A DNA stretch of 64,000 bases from a bacterium (lineage in GTDB: Bacteria; Patescibacteriota; Minisyncoccia; Phycocordibacterales; UBA2100), in assembly GCA_038128225.1 (NCBI GenBank), contig JAYPJF010000002.1, positions 191,751-255,750 on the forward strand, in the 5' to 3' direction. Each line of letters begins with the position of its first letter. The stretch's first letter is position 1. Both the position numbers and the translations under genes were made by a program. Below are positions 1-10,113 of this stretch, piece after piece. The notes below the pieces were generated by a model. The model was not told the DNA's origin. It worked only from the letters and a program-made list of their open reading frames with translations, and made no database searches.

Positions 1-264
1 ACTGAACTTAGGAAGGCGAAAGAGTACACAAAAGGGACGTTGGCTCTTTCGCTTGAGACATCAGACGCCCTTGCTGCGCATATTGCGTTTGATGCTGTCG
101 TTCGAGATCATCTTGAACCACTTGAAGCAACATACGCGCATATAGAACGCGTTACTCCAGCCGACATTCAGCGCGTCGCAAAAGATATTTTCAAGCCTGA
201 GCACGTTCACCTCGCACTTGTGGGGCCGCACGCACCGCAGTCTTTTGAGACTCTCATCTCGTAG
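1..264 (+). CDS. M16 family (insulinase-like) peptidase, C-terminal part (runs off window start)
   Basis: ELRKAKEYTKG...IERVTPADIQRVAKDIF...LALVGP resembles the M16 C-terminal domain. Confidence 0.75.
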   Translation, partial: TELRKAKEYTKGTLALSLETSDALAAHIAFDAVVRDHLEPLEATYAHIERVTPADIQRVAKDIFKPEHVHLALVGPHAPQSFETLIS

Positions 265-850
265 AAGTTAATGGACGTGCAACCGCTACTTCATCTTCAA
301 GTGACTGAAGAAGCTGTTCGTACGGTTCCCATGCGCGCATAAGTACTTCCCGCGCAGGATGCCCTTCAAGTTTCTTACGTAAAACACTCACGAGCGCTGC
401 GTACGCTAAGAACCGTGATTTTTGGGCGCCGGTGAAATAGGCGCGAAACTGCTCGTGATCGGCACCGAACTGACTTGTTATGGTCGTGAAGTTGTGTATT
501 TTGTCCCCAGAGGCTATGAGTGTTGTTTCTAAACTTCCCGCTTCAAGTTGCTGCAGATACGCCCGCCATCCATCAGGTGATTTTGGCACCGTAACCGCAC
601 TCACCAGCTTTGCGATTCGCTCGCCGAAATCACGCGCAAGTTCCTCTCGCGTGTATGGTGTGTCTTCAAGTACATCATGGAGAAGGGCCGCAGCGACAAC
701 CTCTTCGTCATCGGAAAAACGCGCAACAAAGCTTGCCGCGATTACGGGATGCACAATATACGGGATGGCACTTGCCCCTTTGCGGACCTGGCCAGCATGA
801 AGCTCGGTTGCTTTTTCAAGCGCCCGTTGTGTCAGTGGTGTCATCGGCAT
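254..850 (-). CDS. HD-domain small alarmone hydrolase (MESH1/SAH-like)
   Basis: HAGQVRK...PYIVHP...AALLHDVLEDT...DKIHN motifs of the RelA/SpoT hydrolase domain; no synthetase domain. Confidence 0.85.
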   Translation of the reverse strand: MPMTPLTQRALEKATELHAGQVRKGASAIPYIVHPVIAASFVARFSDDEEVVAAALLHDVLEDTPYTREELARDFGERIAKLVSAVTVPKSPDGWRAYLQQLEAGSLETTLIASGDKIHNFTTITSQFGADHEQFRAYFTGAQKSRFLAYAALVSVLRKKLEGHPAREVLMRAWEPYEQLLQSLEDEVAVARPLTSTR

Positions 851-854
851 ACGG

Positions 855-1640
855 TCAAAAAAGTGTTTTGTTCTTGCTTGCAACTGGCGTCACTCGCTCC
901 ATAACTGCCTCAACTGCCCCACGATACCGACAATAGTCACAATCATCAGCCGATTTAGGCAAAGGCCCTTCGAAACACGCACGAATGTCGTGGAGTGTCC
1001 CATCAACCCATGATGCATCCCCCGTGTGCGCGACAAGCGTTACTTCAAACTCGAGCTTTCCATCAAACGCGCGGCGATCCTTACTCGCATTCGCATATAC
1101 AAAATATCCTGTGTTTGAGACAGCAAATCCTGACTGTCGCAGAAGCCATTGATACACTTCCATTTGTCGCTTATAACCATCGTGCCAGTCCTTATCGAGC
1201 GCCTCGATTCTCTCATCCTTACTTGTTGATTTATAGTCAACCACAATGAGCTCCCCTTGGGGGTTTACCCAAATGTCATCAACTGCACCAGAAACACAAA
1301 AGCCAGTCGCGGCATGCTGGTGTTCAATCCCTTTGAAATTTTCTCGCCACACATCCATGCTCGGGTGTTCAAACGGCACTGCATCGACGCCGTACTGCTC
1401 CATGAGCGGGTGGTGTGATTTCGCTCTCCGGTGTATATCAAATTCCTTCTTTAGAAGCGCATCAACCGCGCTGTTGAGATTAAAAGGAAACCCCGGCGGC
1501 CGCGCAACCCCGAGTTTGTTATCGACATAAAAACAGCGCGCGCATTCAATGTACAAATCAATTTTTGAGCGGGACAGGCGAAAACGCTTGCCGCCATAAT
1601 TCCAATCAGGATTTCGATGCGGTTTGTAATATTGACTCAC
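855..1640 (-). CDS. PD-(D/E)xK nuclease, Cas4/RecB-like (solo)
   Basis: LSRSKIDLYIECARCFY, GAVDD...IVVDYKST, QMEVY, C-terminal CDYC; GTG start 6 nt after TATACT. Confidence 0.8.
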   Translation of the reverse strand: MSQYYKPHRNPDWNYGGKRFRLSRSKIDLYIECARCFYVDNKLGVARPPGFPFNLNSAVDALLKKEFDIHRRAKSHHPLMEQYGVDAVPFEHPSMDVWRENFKGIEHQHAATGFCVSGAVDDIWVNPQGELIVVDYKSTSKDERIEALDKDWHDGYKRQMEVYQWLLRQSGFAVSNTGYFVYANASKDRRAFDGKLEFEVTLVAHTGDASWVDGTLHDIRACFEGPLPKSADDCDYCRYRGAVEAVMERVTPVASKNKTLF

Positions 1641-1656
1641 CGCACGAGTATACCAT

Positions 1657-2196
1657 TTATCGAAGCGGCACGTCTCGTTCCTCTGCATCCGGAACACTAT
1701 CGTGATCAAGGTCTGGAGTTTCGGTAATGCGCACTGTCTGATGTTTGTCCGCAAACGCGCGCACTTTCTCTTCTAGAAACCACATAACGGTAAAGACGAG
1801 AAGAGTGAGTATGGTCACCGCAACAGCGAGTGTATACAATCCAAAACCTACCGCCATGCCAACACCGGCGGCAACCCACAACCCTGCGGCAGTGGTGAGG
1901 CCCTGGAGCGCCTGTTCACGAACGAATATTACTCCTGCACCAATAAACCCAATACCTTGAATAATCGCCGCACTGATGCGCATTGGATCAAAATTAACGA
2001 GACCAAGATATAGAGCGGTCACTGACAGTGACATGACAACAAAAAGACACGCACCCATCGCAACAAGCGCATACGTCCGCGAGCCCGCATCTTTGCGCGC
2101 CGATACACGTTCAATACCGATACTCATGCCCAAAAGCGCCGCGAGCACGAGTTTTGCAACCATTACCACTGTTGGATGTGCAAAAAGTACTTCCAT
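1657..2196 (-). CDS. MgtC/SapB family membrane protein
   Basis: IGIER..AGSRTYALV, DPMRISAAIIQGIGFIGAG, GLTTAAGLW. Confidence 0.9.
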   Translation of the reverse strand: MEVLFAHPTVVMVAKLVLAALLGMSIGIERVSARKDAGSRTYALVAMGACLFVVMSLSVTALYLGLVNFDPMRISAAIIQGIGFIGAGVIFVREQALQGLTTAAGLWVAAGVGMAVGFGLYTLAVAVTILTLLVFTVMWFLEEKVRAFADKHQTVRITETPDLDHDSVPDAEERDVPLR

Positions 2197-2198
2197 AG

Positions 2199-2666
2199 TT
2201 ACTGTGTTGTAAACATGGCGATCAACGGGTCGCCTTCTGCTGCGAGAATTGGCAAATCAGTACGCAATTCAAACTCTCGATCACCATCGTCTTCATAAAG
2301 AATCACTGCATACGGTGATGTTGTGGCCGTGTTCCGGAGTAATTCAACTGAGACCAACGAATGTACACCCGCGTCTCTACGCGCAGCGCCAAGCGCGTTT
2401 CCAATATGACTACCGATCATTTCATGTACCACCACCCACCCTGCGCGCGGCAGTCCAACGGCCTCAATAAGAACGGAAGGTCCTGCGGCCTGATCACGTA
2501 CTCGAATGAGTGGCGTTGTGCTTGCATACTGCTGCGCATAGACAGCCGCACCCGATTCATCAGGAGCTGGTGCACTATGCCCTGGTTGCAACCATGTTGC
2601 ATACAGGAGCCATACAATGGTCGCAATAAGTATGATCGCGGTGATCGGCAGGACAAACTTGTTCAC
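2199..2666 (-). CDS. membrane-anchored hypothetical protein
   Basis: N-terminal TM then GWVVVHE...YAVILYEDDGDREF; start chosen at GTG after a -10-like hexamer. Confidence 0.6.
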   Translation of the reverse strand: MNKFVLPITAIILIATIVWLLYATWLQPGHSAPAPDESGAAVYAQQYASTTPLIRVRDQAAGPSVLIEAVGLPRAGWVVVHEMIGSHIGNALGAARRDAGVHSLVSVELLRNTATTSPYAVILYEDDGDREFELRTDLPILAAEGDPLIAMFTTQ

Positions 2667-2697
2667 CCCACTATGATGAAGGCTCGAAACGTCACTG

Positions 2698-3558
2698 TCA
2701 AACCGCCTGCTGCAAAACTGGTTGGCGCACGTACGTTGGCTCGCAGAGCGTGCGGGCTTCAGCGAGCACTGCATCAACCGAGCCAGGGCGCACCCCTGCA
2801 GACTCAAGGATTTCAGGTCTTTGTGTAAGCGCACTGCACAATACAATCTTTTGAGCTAAAAGCGCCTGCTTTTCTTTTGATGAAAGACTTACAAGGCACG
2901 TAAGTGGATGAACGCCTGAGCGCTCGATCATATCCTCAATGCCATGTTCGTGTGGGTAATCCCAGCCAATCATCGTAAGTCCTGAGCATCTTCCATACCG
3001 TGTCGCGTTTTTCGTGAGACGCGTGTTGGTGACCAACCATCCTTCGGTGACTCGATCTTTCGGGTTTGGCGCGTTTTTAAGATCTTCAAAACGCGCATAG
3101 ACATACAACGCGTCTTTCAGATCTGTCTTCACTCCTAAGTTGTTATGGAATTTGAGTTCGATGCCCGCGCGGACCCCGTCGCGTTCCGCAAGAATATCGA
3201 CTTCATGCGGAGCGCACTTTCCGTACAACTGCACATCAGTGTGGGTTTGCCACCCTTCAGTGCGCAAAAGCGCAGCAACAAATTGTTCGAAAGGAAACCC
3301 GGATGGGCCAAGATCAAAAACGGCACGTTTGAGTGAATAACGAGCCGCAACATGTGGCGCTTCCCATTTTTTCAAAAGTGCAAAGGCGTGCGCATAAATC
3401 TTTTCGGTTTCGATGCCGTCATACAATTCTTTACGCACGTGCTCAATAACACGATCCTGGATATGTTCAGTAACTCCTGTACGCGTGAGCGAGCTACGCA
3501 ACTTTTCGATCTCGAACAACTCCTGTTCGCCGTCAGCCTTCGTAACGCGCAACTCCAT
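2698..3558 (-). CDS. ATP-cone domain fused to a restriction-endonuclease-like (Mrr-type) domain
   Basis: VTKADGEQELFEIEKLRSSL (ATP cone); GFPFEQFV...EVDILAE...IELKFH. Confidence 0.8.
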   Translation of the reverse strand: MELRVTKADGEQELFEIEKLRSSLTRTGVTEHIQDRVIEHVRKELYDGIETEKIYAHAFALLKKWEAPHVAARYSLKRAVFDLGPSGFPFEQFVAALLRTEGWQTHTDVQLYGKCAPHEVDILAERDGVRAGIELKFHNNLGVKTDLKDALYVYARFEDLKNAPNPKDRVTEGWLVTNTRLTKNATRYGRCSGLTMIGWDYPHEHGIEDMIERSGVHPLTCLVSLSSKEKQALLAQKIVLCSALTQRPEILESAGVRPGSVDAVLAEARTLCEPTYVRQPVLQQAV

Positions 3559-3560
3559 GT

Positions 3561-3944
3561 TTAAAGTGCCTGGGCGATACGGATCGGTATCCAGTTGTTG
3601 TTTGCAATTGCCCGAAATTCGAGAGCAGACGATCCAAAAACCTGCACCTGGAATGCGCGCGGCGTGGGCTCATGCTTACAATCTCGATACGGCTGTTCCC
3701 AGGTCTCAAAAACGAGCGCGGTCATACTTCCGTTTATATCTTGTGCGCGCACAAAAAGGTCGTGACATTCTGAAGGCACGGTATACATGCCGCTAATTGA
3801 ATGCACGCCGTTTGCGTAGCGATCATGAACACTAAGCGAGTAGTTTGATGCCTGCGCGTCTGCGGTTAGATACGACGCAAAGAAAAGATGCGCTCCGAGC
3901 GCAAGACACGCACCGAGGCATATAAACCACAACAAGCGTCCCAT
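3561..3944 (-). CDS. secreted/membrane hypothetical protein
   Basis: N-terminal hydrophobic segment; start 6 nt after TACAAT. Confidence 0.6.
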   Translation of the reverse strand: MGRLLWFICLGACLALGAHLFFASYLTADAQASNYSLSVHDRYANGVHSISGMYTVPSECHDLFVRAQDINGSMTALVFETWEQPYRDCKHEPTPRAFQVQVFGSSALEFRAIANNNWIPIRIAQAL

Positions 3945-3982
3945 AGACGCATTGTATCGCGCCCGATGTGCGGTGCACGATC

Positions 3983-5032
3983 TTATTCACACGCTGAAAC
4001 CACGCCGCCGCCAAGACACGCGTCTTGGTGGTACACAACAATCGACTGCCCTTCTGCCACAATCTGGGAATTACTGAATGTAACGCGCGCATGCGCGCCA
4101 CGCACATGCACCTCACACGTCTGCGGAACTTGATGGTAGCGCACTTCCGCAGTGTATGTTCCCTCCGGGACGTGGTGGATCCAGTTACACTGAGAGAGTG
4201 TGAAAACTTTATGTGAGGCACGAAGTGGCTCTGCGGCTACAGTAATCGTGTTGGCTTTGGGTTCAATGCGAACTACATACTGCGGCGTTTGTGCGTGCTC
4301 TTTGTGGGTGATTGTAAAACCGTGACGTTGCCCAACCGTATAGCGTATCGCGCCTGCGTGGACGCCAATTACATGCCCGCTCTCAGATAACACAGAACCC
4401 GGCTTCTGTGGGACGTAGCGTGCCAAAAAGTCCCCTATTGAAACGTCGCCAACAAAACAGAGCCCTTGACTATCAGGGCGCGCCGCCGTCGGCAACCGGC
4501 ACTCACGCGCGAGCGCACGCACTTCATTTTTTGTTTTATCCCCAACAGGAAATAATACGTGCGCAAGATCGTCCTGTGTCAGTGTCCACAAAAAATAACT
4601 TTGGTCTTTTGTTCTGTCTTTTCCACGAATAAGTGCGTATGCGCCATTTTCGGAATGTGTTTGCGCATAGTGCCCTGTCGCAACATAGTCGGCGCCTTCT
4701 TTGTGCGCCCAAGCACGAAAAAAGCCAAACTTGATGTGTCGATTACACAACACATCGGGATTTGGCGTGCGCCCTGCTTGGTACTCTGCAATCATCGAAT
4801 TAATGACGGCATCCTTGTACTCAGATGAAAAATCAACTTCTCGGAATGGGATCTGCAGCGCCGCGGCGACTCGTTTCGCATCAAGGCGATCCTGCTCCCA
4901 GGTGCACTCCAAAAATTCTGGCTGCCAGATTTTAATGAAAGCCCCAGTTACGACATGCCCCGCCTTTTTCAGTAGCGCAGCGGAGACTGAACTGTCCACG
5001 CCGCCTGAAAGACCAACGAATACGTGTGCCAT
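3983..5032 (-). CDS. mnmA: tRNA 2-thiouridine synthase MnmA
   Basis: SGGVDSSV, TPNPDVLCN, ATGHYA, KDQSYFL, SQGLCF. Confidence 0.97.
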   Translation of the reverse strand: MAHVFVGLSGGVDSSVSAALLKKAGHVVTGAFIKIWQPEFLECTWEQDRLDAKRVAAALQIPFREVDFSSEYKDAVINSMIAEYQAGRTPNPDVLCNRHIKFGFFRAWAHKEGADYVATGHYAQTHSENGAYALIRGKDRTKDQSYFLWTLTQDDLAHVLFPVGDKTKNEVRALARECRLPTAARPDSQGLCFVGDVSIGDFLARYVPQKPGSVLSESGHVIGVHAGAIRYTVGQRHGFTITHKEHAQTPQYVVRIEPKANTITVAAEPLRASHKVFTLSQCNWIHHVPEGTYTAEVRYHQVPQTCEVHVRGAHARVTFSNSQIVAEGQSIVVYHQDACLGGGVVSACE

Positions 5033-5094
5033 ACCTCAAATAAACACGTCTTCCGCACAAAACACAAGCATACGTAGCTCGCGAGCCTGGATTT

Positions 5095-6126
5095 CTATGT
5101 CCCTAAATACTGTCTTTTCTTCCGCAAATGTTCTTCGTACGTCTTACTGTAGTGTGTCACGTGAGAATAATCCGCGAGATAAAACAAAAAGTCATGTTTG
5201 ATCGGTGTTGCTGCGGCACGAAGCGCACTTAAGCTCGGGCTTGCAATCGCGCCTGGCGGTAATCCTTTGTATCGGTATGTATTGTATGGCGAATCAATTT
5301 GCAAATCCCGCAGCGTGAGTGTAAACGTACTTTTGCCATTAATGTACAAAAAAGCCGCGTCAACCTGAAGGGGCATGTTGATCGCAACGCGATTCCACAA
5401 CACGCCCGCAATCATGCGCCGATCGTAAAAAGTATGTGCTTCTTTTTCAAGTAGCGATGCCATGACTACTATGTCGTTGAGCGTGCGCCCCGACGCTTGT
5501 ATTTCCTTATCGAGTTCGACAATACGCGCGTCGAAATTGTTGCGCAATGCCTTAAGCACGCTTTCCGCAGTTGCATTTGGCAAGAAAAAGTACGTATCAG
5601 GAAATAAGTACCCCTCGTACGGCTGCGCCAGCGCAACGAATTCGCTTGGGTTAAATCGTGGAAATCGCTCATCAAAAAGCTCGGCAATGCCCTGCGCGGT
5701 TGTTCCCTCGCTAACCCGTACACGCACCGGCTCAAGTCCGTATGCACCCATGATCAATGCGCGCGTCACTGCAAAGACCGTAACTCGATTGGGAAACTGA
5801 TAGTCGCCTGCGTGAACCCGTCGTTCTCCACCGAGAACACGAACGATGACCTGCAACGCCAGCGCTGATCGAACAACATGCCGTGTTTCGAGTTCCTGCG
5901 AAATTTCTTTGAGCGACATGTCCGTTGGCACCGTAACGATTTCTTTAACAGGGAAATCTGCAGGTGCTTGGATATAGAGTACATATGCAACGCTTGCCGG
6001 AATAAGCAGACCCACGATTGTAATTAACGTCCGCTTACTTGCGTGCTTGTTCCATGCTTTAAAAAAGCGATGACGAAACCCTTCAAAGCGCCACCAGGCA
6101 CGTGCTGCATCTTTTTGCAAATCCAT
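5095..6126 (-). CDS. mltG: endolytic transglycosylase MltG (YceG)
   Basis: EGYLFPDTY, ASLLEKEA, MPLQVDA, SPYNTYRYKGLPPGAIASPS. Confidence 0.93.
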   Translation of the reverse strand: MDLQKDAARAWWRFEGFRHRFFKAWNKHASKRTLITIVGLLIPASVAYVLYIQAPADFPVKEIVTVPTDMSLKEISQELETRHVVRSALALQVIVRVLGGERRVHAGDYQFPNRVTVFAVTRALIMGAYGLEPVRVRVSEGTTAQGIAELFDERFPRFNPSEFVALAQPYEGYLFPDTYFFLPNATAESVLKALRNNFDARIVELDKEIQASGRTLNDIVVMASLLEKEAHTFYDRRMIAGVLWNRVAINMPLQVDAAFLYINGKSTFTLTLRDLQIDSPYNTYRYKGLPPGAIASPSLSALRAAATPIKHDFLFYLADYSHVTHYSKTYEEHLRKKRQYLGT

Positions 6127-6130
6127 AATA

Positions 6131-7462
6131 CTACACGGGTAAATTAGGCGGTGCCTCTGATTTTGTTGCAGGAATCCGCTCAAGCCCCGGTGCTCGTATC
6201 GCACGACTCGGGAAATGGAAAATCGTTGCTAATTCCTCGGTCGTCATAACAAAATGCTGTTTCTTGTGAGGTGGATGGAACCATGAACGCCGGCGATACG
6301 CATCAAAAAGTTTTTTGCGTGCCTTATCTTCTGCGCCTCCAAGTTTCTGCCAGGGAAAATTAAAAACTGTCATGCCGCCAGTCGGCACTAATGAATTGAG
6401 ATGCGCTGAACTAAACTGCTTAAAAATGCCAGTCATGCCCACAAAACTCGGCGCACGAAACGCATCTTTTTCCGCAATATAGATCGCACGTATACCAGTA
6501 TCAAACGCCTGCTTGTCGAGACTCCGCCCAATTGCTTTGATTCGTTCGATGTCAGAGGGGGTTGGATTAGGAAATCCTCTCGCTTTCTTGCCCTCTCCGA
6601 CATCATACTCAATCACGCTCGCGTCGCGAATTTTTTGTATCTCTTGTTTCGCTTCAGTCTTCCACCGATCTTCTTTCTCAAACCACGAGACCTTCTTTGT
6701 TTTCGGGTCAACTTTTGGAATCAAATCTTTATTGGTACGAATAAGCACCTGAATCCAAATGCGCTCACCGGGCTTGAGGGTGCTTAGATGCTCGAACAAA
6801 TGCGCGAGTGGATCCACTTTAAATTCTTCCTTAGGATCTTTATCAAGCTCATAGTCGATGTATGTTTTGATTGGGTAGACATCTTTTTGTCCAAGCTTAA
6901 AATCACACCCCCACAAATTGTACTGAGTCGTATTGTATGGAAACTGTTTTGCGTAATCGGGAACGACGAATATTTCTACCTCAGGATACTGCGCATAAAT
7001 TTGCGCCTCGACGATGTCTTTAAGAAATTTGCGTGTCCACACATAAAAATGAATACGCCCTCCTTCTGAAACTATTTCAAACGAATACCAGGGGCGAACT
7101 TTCCCATAAATAAAAAGGTCGATAAACGTGCCTTCGCCCATACCAATGTGAAGCCCAGCAAAGGCAAGCTCCATTGCCCGCGGTGACTTTTCAATGTCGC
7201 GCGGCACTTTGACCTCAAGCAAAATCATTTCCTGTGATGCGATAAAACGTGCCCGCAAAGACCACAAACGGAGATGCCATAAAATAATCGCCAGCAATAG
7301 AGGGAGCCAAGCGGGCGCAGAAACAAACAAAAAACTCAAAATGCCAAGCGCAAGCTCTGGAAATGTAAGTGCGAGACCCAAAAGTCCTCCCAAAAAAAGT
7401 ATGGCGATACTATGTAAACCCTTGATACCAAAACCTTCAAGTGTTTTTATCAGTGACTCCAC
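6131..7462 (-). CDS. conserved CPR-type membrane protein
   Basis: N-terminal TMs, WYSFEIVS..IYAQYPEVEI, YPIKTY, EELATIFHFP, C-terminal APPNLP. Confidence 0.7.
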   Translation of the reverse strand: MESLIKTLEGFGIKGLHSIAILFLGGLLGLALTFPELALGILSFLFVSAPAWLPLLLAIILWHLRLWSLRARFIASQEMILLEVKVPRDIEKSPRAMELAFAGLHIGMGEGTFIDLFIYGKVRPWYSFEIVSEGGRIHFYVWTRKFLKDIVEAQIYAQYPEVEIFVVPDYAKQFPYNTTQYNLWGCDFKLGQKDVYPIKTYIDYELDKDPKEEFKVDPLAHLFEHLSTLKPGERIWIQVLIRTNKDLIPKVDPKTKKVSWFEKEDRWKTEAKQEIQKIRDASVIEYDVGEGKKARGFPNPTPSDIERIKAIGRSLDKQAFDTGIRAIYIAEKDAFRAPSFVGMTGIFKQFSSAHLNSLVPTGGMTVFNFPWQKLGGAEDKARKKLFDAYRRRSWFHPPHKKQHFVMTTEELATIFHFPSRAIRAPGLERIPATKSEAPPNLPV

Positions 7463-7522
7463 GCATCTATGATAGCAGAGTTTGTGCGCACAAACGCGTA
7501 GCGCACGTGTATCTGTGAGAAA

Positions 7523-8548
7523 TTACACGAGTTCGTACAAACCGTCGTCATTGCGACGAAACGGACCGTTTTGAAGATTCACCAAAATCGTCGCGTCTTT
7601 AACGTAGCGCTCTCGCTTTACGCGCTCAATCAACTCTTCACGAGAAAGCGCGCGTCCCTCGCGTGCGAGTACCCCGCGAATGACATCGCGAACAACACCC
7701 GGTTGATACCCCCACTCAAGGAGTGCATACAAGCCACGTCCCACAAGTACAAAACGTGGGTCTTTAATGAGCTCGTTGTGACATGTTGCTGGATGTGCTT
7801 TGCGACCAAAGAGTTTTTGAATCGCTGCAGCAACTTCCGTAAAATGCATTGGAGAGCCATGTCGCTTGAGCGCAAGGTACGCGAGATCACGCATACTTTT
7901 CACGCGTACATACGGAGACGATGCCCTGCCCCACTCGCCCAACGGATTGCGTCCAAGGCGTTTGGTGATTTCGAGCCAGCGTTGCAATACTTCAGGAGAT
8001 TGTTTTTTGACAATACCTGCTTTCGTGAGGCACGCGCCAAACTGTTGCATAAAATCTTCTTCGGGAATCAGGTGGTCAGGATCAACCGCCTCGTGCAAAT
8101 CGCGTAATGCCCCCTCGACTCGCGTCGCAAGGTCTTCGTTGACATGCCAGCGGCGCACAAAGTGATCATCTTCGCGCGCGTCCACAAACGGGTGGCCCAC
8201 AGTAAGCAAAAAGATCACATGATTGCGATCTTGGGGGTTTTTTGCGACTTCTTGAACGAGGCGACGCTCTGAGATTACGCCCCCGAGTACTTCTATTTGT
8301 TTTTCGAGCTCCGTAATTTCACGCTCATGCGCCTTATATGCAGCCGAATCACGAATGGCGGAAAGGCCATGATTCTCTATTTGGCGAACACGTTCGCGTG
8401 TAATGCCCAAATCCGAGCCGATTGATTCCAATGTCCGTACGACATTGTCTTTATCGAGTCCAAACCGCGCGACCAAGACCCCCCGCGAACGCTCGGGCAA
8501 ACCTGCCAGCAATTCTTTTGTAACTGAACGAGGTGAAAATGTAAGCAT
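7523..8548 (-). CDS. sigma-70 region 4-like HTH plus RNA polymerase delta-like winged HTH protein
   Basis: TLESIGSDLGITRERVRQIE; PMHFTEVA...HNELIKDPRFVLVGRGLYAL. Confidence 0.8.
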   Translation of the reverse strand: MLTFSPRSVTKELLAGLPERSRGVLVARFGLDKDNVVRTLESIGSDLGITRERVRQIENHGLSAIRDSAAYKAHEREITELEKQIEVLGGVISERRLVQEVAKNPQDRNHVIFLLTVGHPFVDAREDDHFVRRWHVNEDLATRVEGALRDLHEAVDPDHLIPEEDFMQQFGACLTKAGIVKKQSPEVLQRWLEITKRLGRNPLGEWGRASSPYVRVKSMRDLAYLALKRHGSPMHFTEVAAAIQKLFGRKAHPATCHNELIKDPRFVLVGRGLYALLEWGYQPGVVRDVIRGVLAREGRALSREELIERVKRERYVKDATILVNLQNGPFRRNDDGLYELV

Positions 8549-8618
8549 ACTTGATAGGTATCGTAATACCGTGGGATAATTTGTAAAGCTTTATCACACA
8601 AAAGTCAAGTGCTACGGG

Positions 8619-8656
8619 TATGCACGCATTATGCACATTATGTGCATCTATGCACG
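8619..8656. promoter_or_regulatory. cluster of four ATGCAC (DnaA-box-like) motifs upstream of dnaB
   Basis: TATGCACG, TTATGCACA, inverted TGTGCAT, CTATGCACG; inverted repeat ATGCACA-TTA-TGTGCAT at 8631-8647. Confidence 0.5.
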
Positions 8657-8701
8657 TTTTAGGTCGACTGGCCAAAATATGACCCGTGATAGAATCAGCA
8701 A

Positions 8702-10111
8702 ATGGCAAAAGCAGCACGTACTCCTCCCCAGGATCTTGAGACAGAAAAGATTCTGCTTGGAGCACTCATGTTGCACCCAAATGCGATGTATGAAGTAGTT
8801 GACCTCATATCGCCTGACGCATTTTATGCCCCAAAACATCGAACAATTTATGAAGCGATGCTTGCGCTCTCCGAAAAAGGCGAACCAATTGACTTTGCAC
8901 TCGTCGCGGCAAAAATTGCAGAACGGAAACAACTTGACCAAATCGGAGGCCGTGCATACCTTTCCGAACTTATCGCCCAAGCGCCGTCTGCGGTGCATGC
9001 CGGTAATTATGCCGGTGTCATCCAATCGAAAGGTGTCTTGCGCAACCTCATTGAAGTAGCCGATGAAATTAGCGGACTTGGGTTCTCAGAGGAGCGTCCG
9101 ATTGACGAAGTATTGGATGAAGCTCAGTCAAAAATCTTCAAAATATCAAACCGCGTCGGCCTCAAATCATTCACGTCGCTCTCACAAGAACTCCACGAAA
9201 CATGGGAACGAATCGAGCGTTTAAGCCACACAAAAGACGGCCTTCGGGGGGTACCAACGGGCTTTACTGCGCTCGACAATAAACTTGCAGGGCTGCAAAA
9301 TTCCGACCTCATTATTCTTGCTGCACGCCCTTCGATGGGTAAAACATCGCTTGCGCTTGATATTGTACGGCGCGCCGCACTCGAACATAAAATACCTGTT
9401 GGCTTTTTCGCGCTTGAAATGAGCGCGCAGCAACTTACTGAACGTATGCTCGCCGCCACTGCACATGTTGATGCGTGGCGCCTGCGAACCGGCAAAGGGC
9501 TTTCGGCGACTGACTATGAAAATCTGCAACATGCGATTGGTATGCTCGACGAGGCGCCGATTTATATCGATGATAACTCGACAAACACTGTACTTGCGAT
9601 GCGCTCAGTTGCCCGTAGATTGAAAGCCGAAAAGGGATTGGGACTTATTGTTGTTGACTACCTCCAGCTTATTTCGTCGGCATCGTCACGCCCAAACGAC
9701 AACATCGTGCAGCAAGTCACGGAAATTTCACGCGGTCTTAAAGCAATGGCACGCGATCTTGATGTTCCAGTACTCGCCCTTTCACAGCTTTCCCGTGCCG
9801 TTGAACAGCGCGGAGGTCGCCCTCGTTTGTCAGACCTCCGTGAATCGGGAGCCATCGAGCAGGACGCAGATGTTGTTATGTTCATTCACCGTGAAGACAA
9901 AGACAAACGGTATCATGAAGCCGAGTTTGAAAATGGCCACGACTCGTTTAAGAGCGATACTGTTGATGTTGATATCATTATCGCAAAACACCGTAATGGT
10001 CCTGTTGGCACCGTGCGGCTTAAGTTTCGCGATAACCAAGCGCGTTTCGAGTCAGTTTCTGAAGATTTTAGCGACGCTTCGGCTGAAGCTGCGGTTGATA
10101 TTGCAGACTAA
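8702..10111 (+). CDS. dnaB: replicative DNA helicase DnaB
   Basis: AARPSMGKT, VVDYLQL, LSQLSR, DLRESGAIEQDAD, KHRNGP; no intein. Confidence 0.98.
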   Translation: MAKAARTPPQDLETEKILLGALMLHPNAMYEVVDLISPDAFYAPKHRTIYEAMLALSEKGEPIDFALVAAKIAERKQLDQIGGRAYLSELIAQAPSAVHAGNYAGVIQSKGVLRNLIEVADEISGLGFSEERPIDEVLDEAQSKIFKISNRVGLKSFTSLSQELHETWERIERLSHTKDGLRGVPTGFTALDNKLAGLQNSDLIILAARPSMGKTSLALDIVRRAALEHKIPVGFFALEMSAQQLTERMLAATAHVDAWRLRTGKGLSATDYENLQHAIGMLDEAPIYIDDNSTNTVLAMRSVARRLKAEKGLGLIVVDYLQLISSASSRPNDNIVQQVTEISRGLKAMARDLDVPVLALSQLSRAVEQRGGRPRLSDLRESGAIEQDADVVMFIHREDKDKRYHEAEFENGHDSFKSDTVDVDIIIAKHRNGPVGTVRLKFRDNQARFESVSEDFSDASAEAAVDIAD

Positions 10112-10113
10112 CC

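Noticed and set aside
855-1640. CRISPR-Cas locus suggested by the Cas4-like gene
   Set aside because: No repeat-spacer array or other cas genes were seen in the window.
8702-10111. Intein in DnaB
   Set aside because: The protein is of normal length (469 aa) with contiguous motifs.
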